In this document: positions 37,106 to 47,467 of the stretch, in pieces
Position numbering within the stretch: the stretch's first letter is position 1
How the letters are laid out: the number at the start of each line of letters is the position of its first letter
DNA from: an uncultured bacterium
Lineage (GTDB): Bacteria; Margulisbacteria; Termititenacia; CAZZFK01
NCBI GenBank assembly: GCA_964653455.1
Contig: CAZZFK010000003.1
Span: 60,819 to 124,818 of the forward strand
Length of the DNA stretch: 64,000 nucleotides
Reading direction: 5' to 3'
Program-made: the position numbers and the translations under genes
The notes under the pieces: model-generated
Told to the model about the DNA's origin: nothing
Database searches by the model: none
Seen by the model: only the letters and a program-made list of their open reading frames with translations

Positions 37106-39301
37106 ATGATGTGGCATCAGAAGTTCATTGCACAACGCCCCTTGAGAGACCTTGAACTCGGGCGGCTGATCGACAGCGAACACGCACGCATCTTATACAT
37201 CGAGGATGAACGCATTACTGCTGTGTCCACGAAAAAAATATTGACCGAAGAAGGATACCAGGTAACACATGTATCCTCAGGGGAGGAAGCGCTCTCGCTC
37301 ATCGATTCCGGAGAGCACTTCGACCTTATCCTCTCGGACATCGATCTTGGTAGCGGTATCGACGGTCCGAATACCGCACGCGCGATCCTTGAAAAGCAGC
37401 ATATTGCCGTGGTGTTCCTTACCGCGCATACGGAAAAAGAAACCGTTTCCAAGGTCCGAAGCATCAGCAATTATGGGTATATCATAAAGAACTCAGGCGA
37501 AGCCGTTCTTTTGGACTCCCTTCAGCGAGCCCTGACCCTCTATGCGGCAGAACATAAATATGCCGTGGCCTTTGAACTAAGTCCGGCAGCGATAAGCATC
37601 AACAGGCTCAGTGACGGCCAATATTTAAAGACTAACCAGGCATTCGTGGATTTTCTGGGATATACGAAAGAGGAGATCCAGGGCCGTTTCTTCGAGTCAC
37701 AGGGTTTCCTGGTCTGGACCGACGACGAACAAAGACATGCGTACAAAAAAGCCATACGGGAACATGGTGAGATCAAAGATATGATCACGACCTTCAGGCA
37801 CAAGGACGGGTCCTTACGGTACGGTTCGATCTCTTCAAATCTCATCATCTGGAACAATGAACTCTGCCTGACATCCGTAGTGTCCGATATCACGGAAAAG
37901 GTGGCAGCTGATGTGGCATTGAAGTACAGTGAAGAGAACCATCGTCTGATATTCGAACATGCCCCGCTCGGTATTTTTTCTGTCGATACGGCAGGACGGC
38001 TCGTTACCTGCAATGAACAGCATGCGGATATCATTGGTACGACAGCATCGGAGCTGATAGGCGTCAACATGCTCGAGCTCCCGGACCAACAGCTCGTACA
38101 AGCGACCCGTGACGCCTTGAACGGTCACATGAGCTCATATGAAGGGGAATACCGTTCTGTGGGCACGGGCAAAGTGACGCCGGTGCGCGGAAGATTCGCG
38201 CCGATTACCGGCACGGATAACAGAGTGATCGGTTGTGTCGGTATCTTTGAGGATTTTTCGGCACGTATTGAAGTTGAACGCAGACTCTCCGAAAGTGAAG
38301 AAAAATACCGAACGCTGGTAGAAAAAGCGAATGAGGGTATCTTCATTGCCCAGAACAATACCTTGGTCTTTGCGAATCGCAAGATCTCTGAACTTATCAA
38401 TGTGCCGGAATCTGAACTTGAGGGACTGTCATTCCTTGATTTTTTGCACCCGGATGACAAAACGACCATCCTTGATAACTATTCCAGACGTATCCGGGGA
38501 GAGAACGTGCAGAGCTCCTACGATTTCCGCATCATCAGCCGGGACGGCGCGGTGAAATGGGTATTGCTCGCAGTGGCCGTGATACAGTGGAAAGGGATGC
38601 CGGCCACACTGAATCTTTTGACCGATATCACTGAACGGAAAAATGCAGAGAATAATATCAAGCAACTGCTCGCAGAAAAGGACCTGCTCCTTCATGAAGT
38701 ACATCACCGTCTCAAGAACAATATGGCCATGCTCATAGGTCTTTTATCCCTGCATGCCGATACTCTTACGCCTGACGATCACAAGGCGATCGCTGCGCTC
38801 GAAGATGCCCAGCAACGCATACGCACCATGGGTATTCTCTATGACAAGCTCTATCGTTCGGAACATATCAATGAGCTCTATGTAAAGGAATATATCCCTA
38901 TGCTCGTCAAGGGCATCATACAGGCAAGTTCGATCTCAACGCCGCCGAGCGTTTCTTTTGATACCCTTGATGATATTATCCTGCCTCCGGAGATAGTATC
39001 GACGCTTGGCATCATCCTGAATGAGCTCATGACCAATACCCTGAAATATTCCTTCCCTCAAGACCATGCGCTCCCGGAACCGCCCCATATCTCGCTAACG
39101 CTTAAACGGATCGAAAATGAGATGATCGAACTGGTCATCGCTGATAATGGGGTTGGTATGCCTGAGGGATTCGATATGGCCCACTCCACCGGGTTCGGCA
39201 TGACCCTTGTGAGATTACTGACCGATCAATTGGCCGGTACCGTATCATTAACGAGCGGGCCGGGACGCGGGACACGCTTCACTATCTTGTTCGGGCTATA
39301 A
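37106..39301 (+). CDS. REC-PAS-PAS-PAS-HisKA_2/HATPase sensor histidine kinase
   Basis: Receiver (ILYIED, LSDIDL), three PAS repeats, EVHHRLKNN, NELMTN, DNGVG, GFG. Confidence 0.9.
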   Translation: MMWHQKFIAQRPLRDLELGRLIDSEHARILYIEDERITAVSTKKILTEEGYQVTHVSSGEEALSLIDSGEHFDLILSDIDLGSGIDGPNTARAILEKQHIAVVFLTAHTEKETVSKVRSISNYGYIIKNSGEAVLLDSLQRALTLYAAEHKYAVAFELSPAAISINRLSDGQYLKTNQAFVDFLGYTKEEIQGRFFESQGFLVWTDDEQRHAYKKAIREHGEIKDMITTFRHKDGSLRYGSISSNLIIWNNELCLTSVVSDITEKVAADVALKYSEENHRLIFEHAPLGIFSVDTAGRLVTCNEQHADIIGTTASELIGVNMLELPDQQLVQATRDALNGHMSSYEGEYRSVGTGKVTPVRGRFAPITGTDNRVIGCVGIFEDFSARIEVERRLSESEEKYRTLVEKANEGIFIAQNNTLVFANRKISELINVPESELEGLSFLDFLHPDDKTTILDNYSRRIRGENVQSSYDFRIISRDGAVKWVLLAVAVIQWKGMPATLNLLTDITERKNAENNIKQLLAEKDLLLHEVHHRLKNNMAMLIGLLSLHADTLTPDDHKAIAALEDAQQRIRTMGILYDKLYRSEHINELYVKEYIPMLVKGIIQASSISTPPSVSFDTLDDIILPPEIVSTLGIILNELMTNTLKYSFPQDHALPEPPHISLTLKRIENEMIELVIADNGVGMPEGFDMAHSTGFGMTLVRLLTDQLAGTVSLTSGPGRGTRFTILFGL

Positions 39302-40169
39302 TATCTGCGATCATCCTGAACAATGCCGGTTCATATCTGTCCGTAAAAACGTGTCCTTTATCATGAAAGACGAGCTGTTTTTTTTCTGAAGCAACGTGGC
39401 TCAGAATGTATGTCGCACCGGAGGCTGATGCGGATGTATCGTTCTTATCTTGCATGATGAGAACAGGTTCGCTCACTTTAGAAATACGCGGTTTTACATG
39501 ACATATCAATTTGACCAGCTGATAGACCGTACGTACCGGATTTTTTCCGTAGAAATGGTCCTTATTCTCTGCTGTCTGTGCCACGGTAATATATCCGAGG
39601 TCTATGTGTAAAAGATCTGCGACAGGTACGAAGAACCTCGTCAAAAAGGCTTTCTTATCCCGAGGTTCAAGAGCAGGAGCAAGAAGTACGATACTGTTCA
39701 GTTCTTCTCGGGCAGCCAGCTCGAGCGTCAATAATCCGCCCATGGATATGCCGATACAATGTATCGACGCGACCTTTGGCCGCAGGTACAGATAGGCACG
39801 CTCGAGCGACGCGTACCAATCCTGCCAGTTCGTTCTTTTCAGGTCCGAAGGCGTTGTCCCATGGCCTTCAAGGCGCACGCCATAGACAGTATATCCCTTC
39901 TGATAAAGATATCTCCCCAGAATGATCGTATCGGCAGGATTTGCCGTATAGCCGTGAACGAGCAGAATACCTGTCTTTTGGGCCGTAGGGACACCTTGAT
40001 GGTCGAAAAAATACGGCTGGCCGGCCCGTGAACACCCCTTGCGTATGCTGTGCTCAAGGTCCGCACGAAAACCATCCTGCACCGCGAAAGCATGAGACCC
40101 CAGGGCAGCTGCAATAAGTACCGCAATGAAAATAAGACGTTGAGGGAGACCTTTAATCAAAAAGTTCAC
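39282..40169 (-). CDS. Alpha/beta-hydrolase carboxylesterase/lipase (exported)
   Basis: LLVHGYTA, GHGT, GISMGG nucleophile elbow, N-terminal signal peptide. Confidence 0.85.
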   Translation of the reverse strand: MNFLIKGLPQRLIFIAVLIAAALGSHAFAVQDGFRADLEHSIRKGCSRAGQPYFFDHQGVPTAQKTGILLVHGYTANPADTIILGRYLYQKGYTVYGVRLEGHGTTPSDLKRTNWQDWYASLERAYLYLRPKVASIHCIGISMGGLLTLELAAREELNSIVLLAPALEPRDKKAFLTRFFVPVADLLHIDLGYITVAQTAENKDHFYGKNPVRTVYQLVKLICHVKPRISKVSEPVLIMQDKNDTSASASGATYILSHVASEKKQLVFHDKGHVFTDRYEPALFRMIADIIARTR

Positions 40170-41124
40170 TGATCGAGGAGTTCTCGTGTATGCGCTTTAT
40201 GGCCTCGCCGAGCAAAGGCGAAGAAGAAATGATCTTCAAGTTCGGCCAGCGTTTTTCTTTAGGGATCGGTACGGAATTCGTTACGACCACTTCTTTGAAA
40301 TCCGCCTTACTAAGACGTTCTATTGCCGGTCCGGAGAAAATAGGATGCGTCGCCGCCAGATATACCTCTTTGACCCCGTTCTTCTTCAAGGTCTCAAGAC
40401 CATTGATGACGCTGCCTCCGGTATCAACGATATCATCATACAAGATAGCGATCTTGTCCTTTACATTACCTATGAGATGCAGCGATTCGGACTGATTGTG
40501 CTTGAAGGGGTCGCGCTGTTTGTGGATGATCGCCAGTTCTGTCCCATTCCCAAGCCTGTCGCTGAACTTCTTGGCAGCTTTGGCACGGCCGGTATCCGGA
40601 GCTACGATGACCACGTTCTCTCCGAACACGTTCTTGTTCTTGAAATACTTCGTGAACAGGGGCAGGGCGGCCATGTGGTCCACCGGGATATTGAAGAAGC
40701 CCTGGATCTGGTCAGCATGCAGGTCTATCGTGATGACACGGTCCGCTCCGGCTGTTTCCAGAAGGTTGGCGATGAGACGGGCGGATATCGGTTCACGAGA
40801 GGCGGATTTCTTGTCCTGCCGGGAGTAGGGGAAATGAGGCAGAACAACGTGAATGTTCTTTGCCGACGCACGGCGTGCCGCGTCGATCATGACCAGGAGT
40901 TCCATCATGGTACGATTGATATGTTCGGTCGTGGTCTGAACGATGAACACTTCCATACCGCGTATGTTCTCGACGAACCTTGCATAAATTTCACCGCAGC
41001 TGAACAGGGACAGTTTTATCTTCCCTAGTTCACAATTAAGATATGTTGAGATCTCCTCGGCAAGTTCGGGGTGGGACGATCCGGCAAATATCTTCATAAC
41101 ACCATTATTGGTAATCGGGTTCAC
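40153..41124 (-). CDS. prs: Ribose-phosphate pyrophosphokinase
   Basis: FSCGE, PYSRQDKK, DLHADQIQGFF, APDTG, DDIVDTGGS, ATHPIFS. Confidence 0.97.
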   Translation of the reverse strand: MNPITNNGVMKIFAGSSHPELAEEISTYLNCELGKIKLSLFSCGEIYARFVENIRGMEVFIVQTTTEHINRTMMELLVMIDAARRASAKNIHVVLPHFPYSRQDKKSASREPISARLIANLLETAGADRVITIDLHADQIQGFFNIPVDHMAALPLFTKYFKNKNVFGENVVIVAPDTGRAKAAKKFSDRLGNGTELAIIHKQRDPFKHNQSESLHLIGNVKDKIAILYDDIVDTGGSVINGLETLKKNGVKEVYLAATHPIFSGPAIERLSKADFKEVVVTNSVPIPKEKRWPNLKIISSSPLLGEAIKRIHENSSISELFD

Positions 41125-41217
41125 GTTGGACAGCTCCTTTGGGGTTAGGATCTTAAGTCATCAACTGGGCCGATTATAGAGGACTACGTACAGGGGGGCA
41201 AGGGGACCTGTCGAGCG

Positions 41218-42330
41218 TCAGGCCTTTTTAGCCCAGCGCTCTGCCAGGACCTCATCCACGACCTTCATCAACCCCTGCAGCCGTTCCTCCCGTAGTGTGG
41301 CCGGCAATTGACCAGGGAGCTCCGCAGCTTTCGTGCCGGGGCGAGGGGAGAAAGCGTTCGTTATCGTCCGATGGAATTTTATTTCGCGTACTGCACGCAG
41401 CGTATCCTCGAACTCTGCGTCTGTTTCTGAAGGGAACCCGACAATGAGGTCCGTGGAAATGACCGCACTCGGTACTTTCTTCCGTATCTTATCTACCAGT
41501 TCTTTATACTGTTCATATGTATATCCTCGATTCATAAGTTGTAATATCCTGTTATTCCCGTTCTGCAGAGGAAAATGGATCTCTTTCCCCATTTTTTCAC
41601 ATATTCCCAGGGTATCGATGAGCTTCTCTGACATATCTTTGGGATGTGAGGTCAAAAAGTCTATTTGCTTGATACCCGGGATCATGTTCACAACGGCTAA
41701 CAGATCAGCAAAATCTTTGACAGGCGTGACAGCAGCAGTAATGCCGAGCTTTTCGATGAGCGCTTGCGGAATATCTGTCTCAGCATTCATATATGAATTG
41801 ACGTTCTGCCCGAGCAGCATGATCTTCGGGAACCGGGCGAAGTCTATTTCTGATATCTCTTTTAATATCTCAAGGAAGGGTCTGGAACGCTCACGGCCGC
41901 GGGTATACGGAACGATACAGTATGAACAAAAATTGTTACAGCCGTACATAACGGATATCCATGCGTGTTCGGAATCCTCCCGTTTGGGCGGATATAGCCG
42001 CGCATCTTCTATATCAATGATATGGTCAAGAAAGGGGAGGGTCTTTTGTATATAGGCCTTGTCACGCTTTGGCATGCAACCTGTAATGCCCAGCTCCATG
42101 GGGAGCTTCATAGTGTTACGCAGGTAATTCAGCTCATGTAATTTGCCGATGACCTTGCGTTCTGAGCGGTCACGCACAGAACACGTGTTCAATACGACCA
42201 GGTCGGCATCGTCACGGGTGACGGCCTTTTTCATGCCCTGGGACTCGAACATGCCGGCCAGATGTTCGGAATCGTTCCTGTTCATCTGGCAGCCGTAGGT
42301 AAGTATAAAATACGTGCGTTGCTTCTGCAT
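41218..42330 (-). CDS. miaB: tRNA methylthiotransferase MiaB-like (no C-terminal TRAM domain)
   Basis: TYGCQMN, NTCSVR, GCNNFCSYC, RGRERSR, LLGQNVNSY, TSHPKD, DLIVGFPSET. Confidence 0.85.
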   Translation of the reverse strand: MQKQRTYFILTYGCQMNRNDSEHLAGMFESQGMKKAVTRDDADLVVLNTCSVRDRSERKVIGKLHELNYLRNTMKLPMELGITGCMPKRDKAYIQKTLPFLDHIIDIEDARLYPPKREDSEHAWISVMYGCNNFCSYCIVPYTRGRERSRPFLEILKEISEIDFARFPKIMLLGQNVNSYMNAETDIPQALIEKLGITAAVTPVKDFADLLAVVNMIPGIKQIDFLTSHPKDMSEKLIDTLGICEKMGKEIHFPLQNGNNRILQLMNRGYTYEQYKELVDKIRKKVPSAVISTDLIVGFPSETDAEFEDTLRAVREIKFHRTITNAFSPRPGTKAAELPGQLPATLREERLQGLMKVVDEVLAERWAKKA

Positions 42331-42381
42331 AATAGAGACCTACATTAGCAGAGAATTGCGCACCCGAACAATGGGGGAAAG

Positions 42382-44874
42382 CTATTTTAACCTTCGTGTG
42401 AGGTACTTATTGTATTCCGATGGCGTTGTCAGGGTCCTTATCAGGAACATGTAATATGCGATCTGTTTGCTCCCCCCAGGATACCGCTTCATCTGGTCCT
42501 CGAAAGTATTTGCCAACTCGCTCCGAAAACGACCATCCTTAAAATAGACGCGAGGTATATAGATGGTCGATGGATATGTGTCAGTATCCTTCAGCAGAAG
42601 ATCGTTCGGTACGGCAAGCCGGACAATATTCGCTGATTCCGTGAAGGTCGTTTCGACCAGTTTAGCGATATCCTCCGTCGATATCTCTTTTTTGCCGATA
42701 GCTGCTTTTATCTTTGGGACCAGGGCCTTGATGTCTTTTAATTCAGATACTGTGGTCAGGATATCCCTGTGACTGATAAGTTTACTGAGCGTATCACCCT
42801 TCTGCGCCTTTTCATTCAGGGTCAATGCTTTGAGCACTTTATTTGCCAGTTCGCCCCGGAACTCCTTGTTCTTATCATTGGTGGTTGTGGTCTTCGTTGA
42901 TGATACCTGCGTTACGGTACTGACCGAGCTCTTCGGCCTCTTAGTCGAAGGAACGGGCCCCGCTTCGGTATGCCCATTACCCGTACCCTGACGAACAGCT
43001 TCTGCAGAACGAACGATGTTCTTCCCTGTACTGCCGTTCAATATATGATCTTTGACCGGAGGCAGAAATAGTTCGCGTATCGTTCTTGCGGTCGGAACAT
43101 TGAGATACATGACCAGTGCCGAAAGAACGCCAATGCCCGCAACGGCTATCCCTGCGGGAAGGGACGATAGCATGAACAGTAGTCCGGCGCTGAAAAGCGC
43201 TATCGGCAGGTATTTGCGTATGCGGTCCTGATTGCGTTTTTTACGCTCAAAACGCTCCCGGTCCTTGATATATTCCATCTCGTTTTTCTGTATGTCGGCG
43301 GAAATGATCTTTATGACCTTGAGCAATTCCTGGTCCTTCTCCGCGTCTTTGTGTCTGTCCAGGTCACCTTCGATCGCCTTCACGAGCTGGTAATAGCGTT
43401 CTATACGCTGATCTTCGCGTCTATAGAATGAAAGCTTTTTCTTTATGGCCGACATATACCGTTTATCCAGGAAATAGAACACGTCGCCTTCGCGATGGAA
43501 AGTGATGAACGTAGGGACATACTCCGCAATATCATCTATCTTGGATATGGCACTTTCATTGATCTTGCGCAATTCAATACGCATATCCCGTATGGTCATT
43601 CCCTCCCCGCGCAAACCTTTGAATTCATCGTACGCGCCCTTGAACTCGTACTTTTCGTTCCTGCTGTTCTCTGTGATCTTCTTCGATAACCCTTCGAAGA
43701 ATTTCACGATATGCTCCTTCTGCCTTTGTTTTTCGATCAAGGTAAGTTCACGTATAAGTCCGGAAAGGACCTGCACTCCTGCAGAGATGATCTGTAAGCG
43801 ATGGTCTTCCAGGACCGTAGCAGGGCTGAACGGTCTTAAGAATTTTTCCAGGATCCCTTTGAGCTCGGTGCTGCCGGTCAGTATCTTGTCTGCAGGATCA
43901 TTCTCGTTCTTTTGAGGACCCAGATATGCATCTATCTGTTCCAGAAAATTCTGCCATTCATGTTTCTCGCTGATGTTCCTGATCATCGGGAGCGCGTACT
44001 CTTCCAGCGTACGTACATATGCTTTGAGCAGGATCAAAGCCACGGGTTCTTCCTTGAATTGCCCGTCATCATTAACTGCAGGCACATGATGCACAATATG
44101 GTATCCGGGAGATATCTCTGTGATCATCCCGTTGCGGGCCAGATAAGAGATATACGAACGTTCAAAATAGGGTACAGGTACTGGGTCATATTGGTGCGCA
44201 TCATCGATGATGAAGCCTTTTTGAACGATATTCCTTAGGACGCGCTCCACACTGTACGGATCAGCTAGATGTTCTTTTTGTTTTGTATCCTGTATAGCTT
44301 TGAGTAGTTGAGGACCGTGCGCCGAGGACATCGCCTTGAGTACCACCGTCTTGCAATAGTGAACGAACAATGTAGCTATCCCTGCATCCTGTGCATAGGA
44401 GCGAAGCCCTTGTATATATCCGCCAATGTTCCCCTTGTGGTCAACATCAGGCACAGGTCGGAGCAATACGGGGACGAATTTGATGATCGTTCTGTTATCC
44501 TTGTTCTTGCCTGTTGTGATATAACCATCAATATGCAGATATGGAAGTTTTGAAGCCGCATCACGGCGCAACATAGCACGCACTATCTCATTGATCGCGC
44601 GCACCGGATGTGGCGCGTCGTTGTTGATCTTTATATCGTACAGGTGCTTTTCATAGGAATAATACAGGTCCTTGGGTATCTGATCAGCTTGATACCGAAG
44701 GCGGAGCTCCCTCATATGATCATCAAGCTTAGTGATGAACGTATACTGTTCAGAAGTCGCATGATACAGCTTTTCTTCAATATATAAATCTTCAGGAAAG
44801 GTCGACAGGTCAACGGACAATAGTTCTGCCGAACTATCCGGGCTACCGATGACCTTGTGAACAAGTTGTTTCAT
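42382..44874 (-). CDS. Hypothetical 830-aa protein with a TM hairpin
   Basis: Long ORF with no recognised motif. Two hydrophobic segments near aa 555-595, then a Ser/Thr-rich linker. Confidence 0.7.
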   Translation of the reverse strand: MKQLVHKVIGSPDSSAELLSVDLSTFPEDLYIEEKLYHATSEQYTFITKLDDHMRELRLRYQADQIPKDLYYSYEKHLYDIKINNDAPHPVRAINEIVRAMLRRDAASKLPYLHIDGYITTGKNKDNRTIIKFVPVLLRPVPDVDHKGNIGGYIQGLRSYAQDAGIATLFVHYCKTVVLKAMSSAHGPQLLKAIQDTKQKEHLADPYSVERVLRNIVQKGFIIDDAHQYDPVPVPYFERSYISYLARNGMITEISPGYHIVHHVPAVNDDGQFKEEPVALILLKAYVRTLEEYALPMIRNISEKHEWQNFLEQIDAYLGPQKNENDPADKILTGSTELKGILEKFLRPFSPATVLEDHRLQIISAGVQVLSGLIRELTLIEKQRQKEHIVKFFEGLSKKITENSRNEKYEFKGAYDEFKGLRGEGMTIRDMRIELRKINESAISKIDDIAEYVPTFITFHREGDVFYFLDKRYMSAIKKKLSFYRREDQRIERYYQLVKAIEGDLDRHKDAEKDQELLKVIKIISADIQKNEMEYIKDRERFERKKRNQDRIRKYLPIALFSAGLLFMLSSLPAGIAVAGIGVLSALVMYLNVPTARTIRELFLPPVKDHILNGSTGKNIVRSAEAVRQGTGNGHTEAGPVPSTKRPKSSVSTVTQVSSTKTTTTNDKNKEFRGELANKVLKALTLNEKAQKGDTLSKLISHRDILTTVSELKDIKALVPKIKAAIGKKEISTEDIAKLVETTFTESANIVRLAVPNDLLLKDTDTYPSTIYIPRVYFKDGRFRSELANTFEDQMKRYPGGSKQIAYYMFLIRTLTTPSEYNKYLTRRLK

Positions 44875-44979
44875 ATATATGGATATCGAAGGGGGTGTCC
44901 CGGGATTTCATCTAACTGTACGTAACGTTAGGACAGGGCTTCTGTGTTATAATCACCCGTCATTTTTTAAGGAGCATTT

Positions 44980-46692
44980 GTGAAAGTACCCCGAAGATAT
45001 GTCGTACCGCTCACCACCAAACGCCGCGTTGACCATGAAGGTGCCGACCTGAACTTCAAGCGCTCATACCCCACGGGTATCGAGAGCTTTTTCCGCCTCT
45101 ATGCTGGAGAGAAGGTCCGTATCGCCGTGGACGTCCTTGACGATATCAATTGCTTCAATGTTCAGATGCAGCTGCACAGTAACATCAATACGGCGGATTT
45201 CGCCGTCTGGGAAGATGTCCCTTTCGAACGCAAGGGTAAGTCCTTCTTCCTTGAACTGAAGATCGACCGACCGGGACCGTATCGCTTCAAGATGCGCTAT
45301 TCGCTCGATGACGGCAAGACCTGGCTTTGGGACCGCGTTTCACACACCTATATCATCGTTGATCCCGCGCACATGAAGAACCTCAAGCTCTATACCTTGA
45401 TACCTACGCGTTCCGGTCATATCGGTAACTGGGCCGATATTCTGTACTATATCAAGGACCTTGGTTTCAATGCGGTGCATCTTCTGCCGATCACCAAAAT
45501 GGGCATCAGCGAAAGCCCGTACGCGGCAAAATGCGTGCTCGATATCGACGAATCCTACGCGATTCCAGGGGATAAAAGACCTATCCTGGACCAGTTCGAG
45601 CAGGATTTTGTACAGACCGCAAAGGACCTCGATATTCGGTTATGTTTTGATATCGTCCTGAACCATATCGGCGTGGACAGCGAGATCGTACGACGTCGCC
45701 CGGAGTGGATCAAGAACGATAACAGCCAAAACGATAAATTGAAGCGGGCAGGGTGCTGGGATTACGATAAATGGGTCGTATGGGGCGATCTGGTGCTCCT
45801 GAATTACGATCATCCCGACGAAGGTATCAAAGCCGAGATGTGGGAGTTCATGAAAGAATATGCCCTTTTCTGGGCGAACTATGCGGCCTATACCGGGGGA
45901 TTGGTGCGCCTTGATAACATGCATTCGACGAATCACGATTTCCTGCGTTTCGTGTTCCGGGAAATGAGGGATGCCTTTCCGAACATACTGATCTTTTCCG
46001 AATTATTCTCTGACTTTGATACCGTCAAAAAATTATCCGTTGAGTGCGGCGTTAATCTTCTGCTCGGTACTCCCTGGGGCGAGAAGTATGTTCCGGGATT
46101 GCGTAAATATATCGCGCATCTTCACCGCGTCGGCGGTCATGTGCGATATCTGACCCCGCTCAACTCGCATGACAGTGGGTCTCCAGCCGAAGAATTCGGC
46201 GATGCACGGTCGACCGTTCCTCGTTATATCGCGGCTGCGCTCATGGGATTGCCGTATACCGGGCTCACTGAAGGCGCGGAGATCGGTGTCCCTAAAAAGG
46301 TCATGTTCATCGGGCGTAACGCCGAACCCCCGGTGAACCTTAAAAAGCCGTTCGTTGATTTTCGTGAATTCATCAAGAAGATCAACCATATCCAGGACCA
46401 ATATCCTGCGTTCGGAGAGATCAATAATCTTACGTTCATCGATAATGAGCATGTCGCTGTGCTGGCAGCGTTCAAGAGGTCCCCGGCCCCGGAAAGACCG
46501 GATTTTATCGTTCTGGCGAACTTCGATATCTTCCAAGAGCAGCATATCACGCTCGACCTCCCGGCCTGCGGGATCTATCTGGATAAAAAAAACTATATCG
46601 TCACGAACGTACTGACCGACGTCAGTTTTTCGCTGGTGACGACGCTCACGCTCAAGGCCGGAGAAGGCATGGTCCTGCGCATAGAACGCTAG
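44980..46692 (+). CDS. GH13 enzyme resembling the transferase domain of glycogen debranching enzyme
   Basis: GFNAVHLLPI, SPYA, DIVLNH, RLDNMHST, SELF, NSHD. AAGGAG RBS with GTG start. Confidence 0.75.
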   Translation: MKVPRRYVVPLTTKRRVDHEGADLNFKRSYPTGIESFFRLYAGEKVRIAVDVLDDINCFNVQMQLHSNINTADFAVWEDVPFERKGKSFFLELKIDRPGPYRFKMRYSLDDGKTWLWDRVSHTYIIVDPAHMKNLKLYTLIPTRSGHIGNWADILYYIKDLGFNAVHLLPITKMGISESPYAAKCVLDIDESYAIPGDKRPILDQFEQDFVQTAKDLDIRLCFDIVLNHIGVDSEIVRRRPEWIKNDNSQNDKLKRAGCWDYDKWVVWGDLVLLNYDHPDEGIKAEMWEFMKEYALFWANYAAYTGGLVRLDNMHSTNHDFLRFVFREMRDAFPNILIFSELFSDFDTVKKLSVECGVNLLLGTPWGEKYVPGLRKYIAHLHRVGGHVRYLTPLNSHDSGSPAEEFGDARSTVPRYIAAALMGLPYTGLTEGAEIGVPKKVMFIGRNAEPPVNLKKPFVDFREFIKKINHIQDQYPAFGEINNLTFIDNEHVAVLAAFKRSPAPERPDFIVLANFDIFQEQHITLDLPACGIYLDKKNYIVTNVLTDVSFSLVTTLTLKAGEGMVLRIER

Positions 46693-46699
46693 TTGATGT

Positions 46700-47305
46700 T
46701 CAGAGCGACTGCTTCGTTAAGACATGAAGGTCTGTTGCAAAACAATAGACGATCGGGACTCCAGTCGGTATCTCCAATTCGGTCACTTGTTCCGGTGAAA
46801 GATTGTCCAGCCTCATGACAATGGACCGTAGACTATTCCCATGCGCGGTCACCAGAACATTCTTGCCGTCCATAAGGTCTTTTTTGATATGTGAATCGAA
46901 GTAGGGCAGTGTCCGGTCCGCAGTATCCTTAAGACTCTCTCCTCCGGGAGGTGCTACGGCATAACTACGTCTCCAGAGATGGACCTGCTCCTCTCCGAAC
47001 TTGATCGCGGTCTCTGCCTTGTTCAACCCCTGCAGGTCGCCATAATGGCGTTCGTTCAATGCTACGTTCTGTATGACGGGAATATTCGGCTGACCTATCT
47101 CCTCGAGCACGATATCCAGTGTCTTTTGGGCACGTACGAGTTCTGAAGTGTACGCTATATCAAAATGATGACCGTGCAGTTTTTTTCCTGCCGCATGTGC
47201 TTCTTGTTCACCATGGGGAGATAAAGGAACGTCCGTCCATCCTGTGAACCGGTTCTCAAGGTTCCAGACCGACTCCCCGTGACGTAAAAGGACAAGGATA
47301 GACAT
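46700..47305 (-). CDS. gpmA: 2,3-bisphosphoglycerate-dependent phosphoglycerate mutase
   Basis: LRHGESVWN, FTGWTDVPL, LNERHYGDLQG, WRRSY, AHGNSLR, IPTG. Confidence 0.96.
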   Translation of the reverse strand: MSILVLLRHGESVWNLENRFTGWTDVPLSPHGEQEAHAAGKKLHGHHFDIAYTSELVRAQKTLDIVLEEIGQPNIPVIQNVALNERHYGDLQGLNKAETAIKFGEEQVHLWRRSYAVAPPGGESLKDTADRTLPYFDSHIKKDLMDGKNVLVTAHGNSLRSIVMRLDNLSPEQVTELEIPTGVPIVYCFATDLHVLTKQSL

Positions 47306-47467
47306 GAAGGGATTATACCAGATAGCAAAACGAACGTACGCGCGCAGGGATCTTTCTCTATTCCACTCTGTATATTCAATATTCAGCAAGCTTTCGCCTG
47401 GAATCCCTCGCTCACAGTGTTCCCCGGGAAGTGCGGATTGATACGTTCAAACAAAAAGGAGCGTCAT

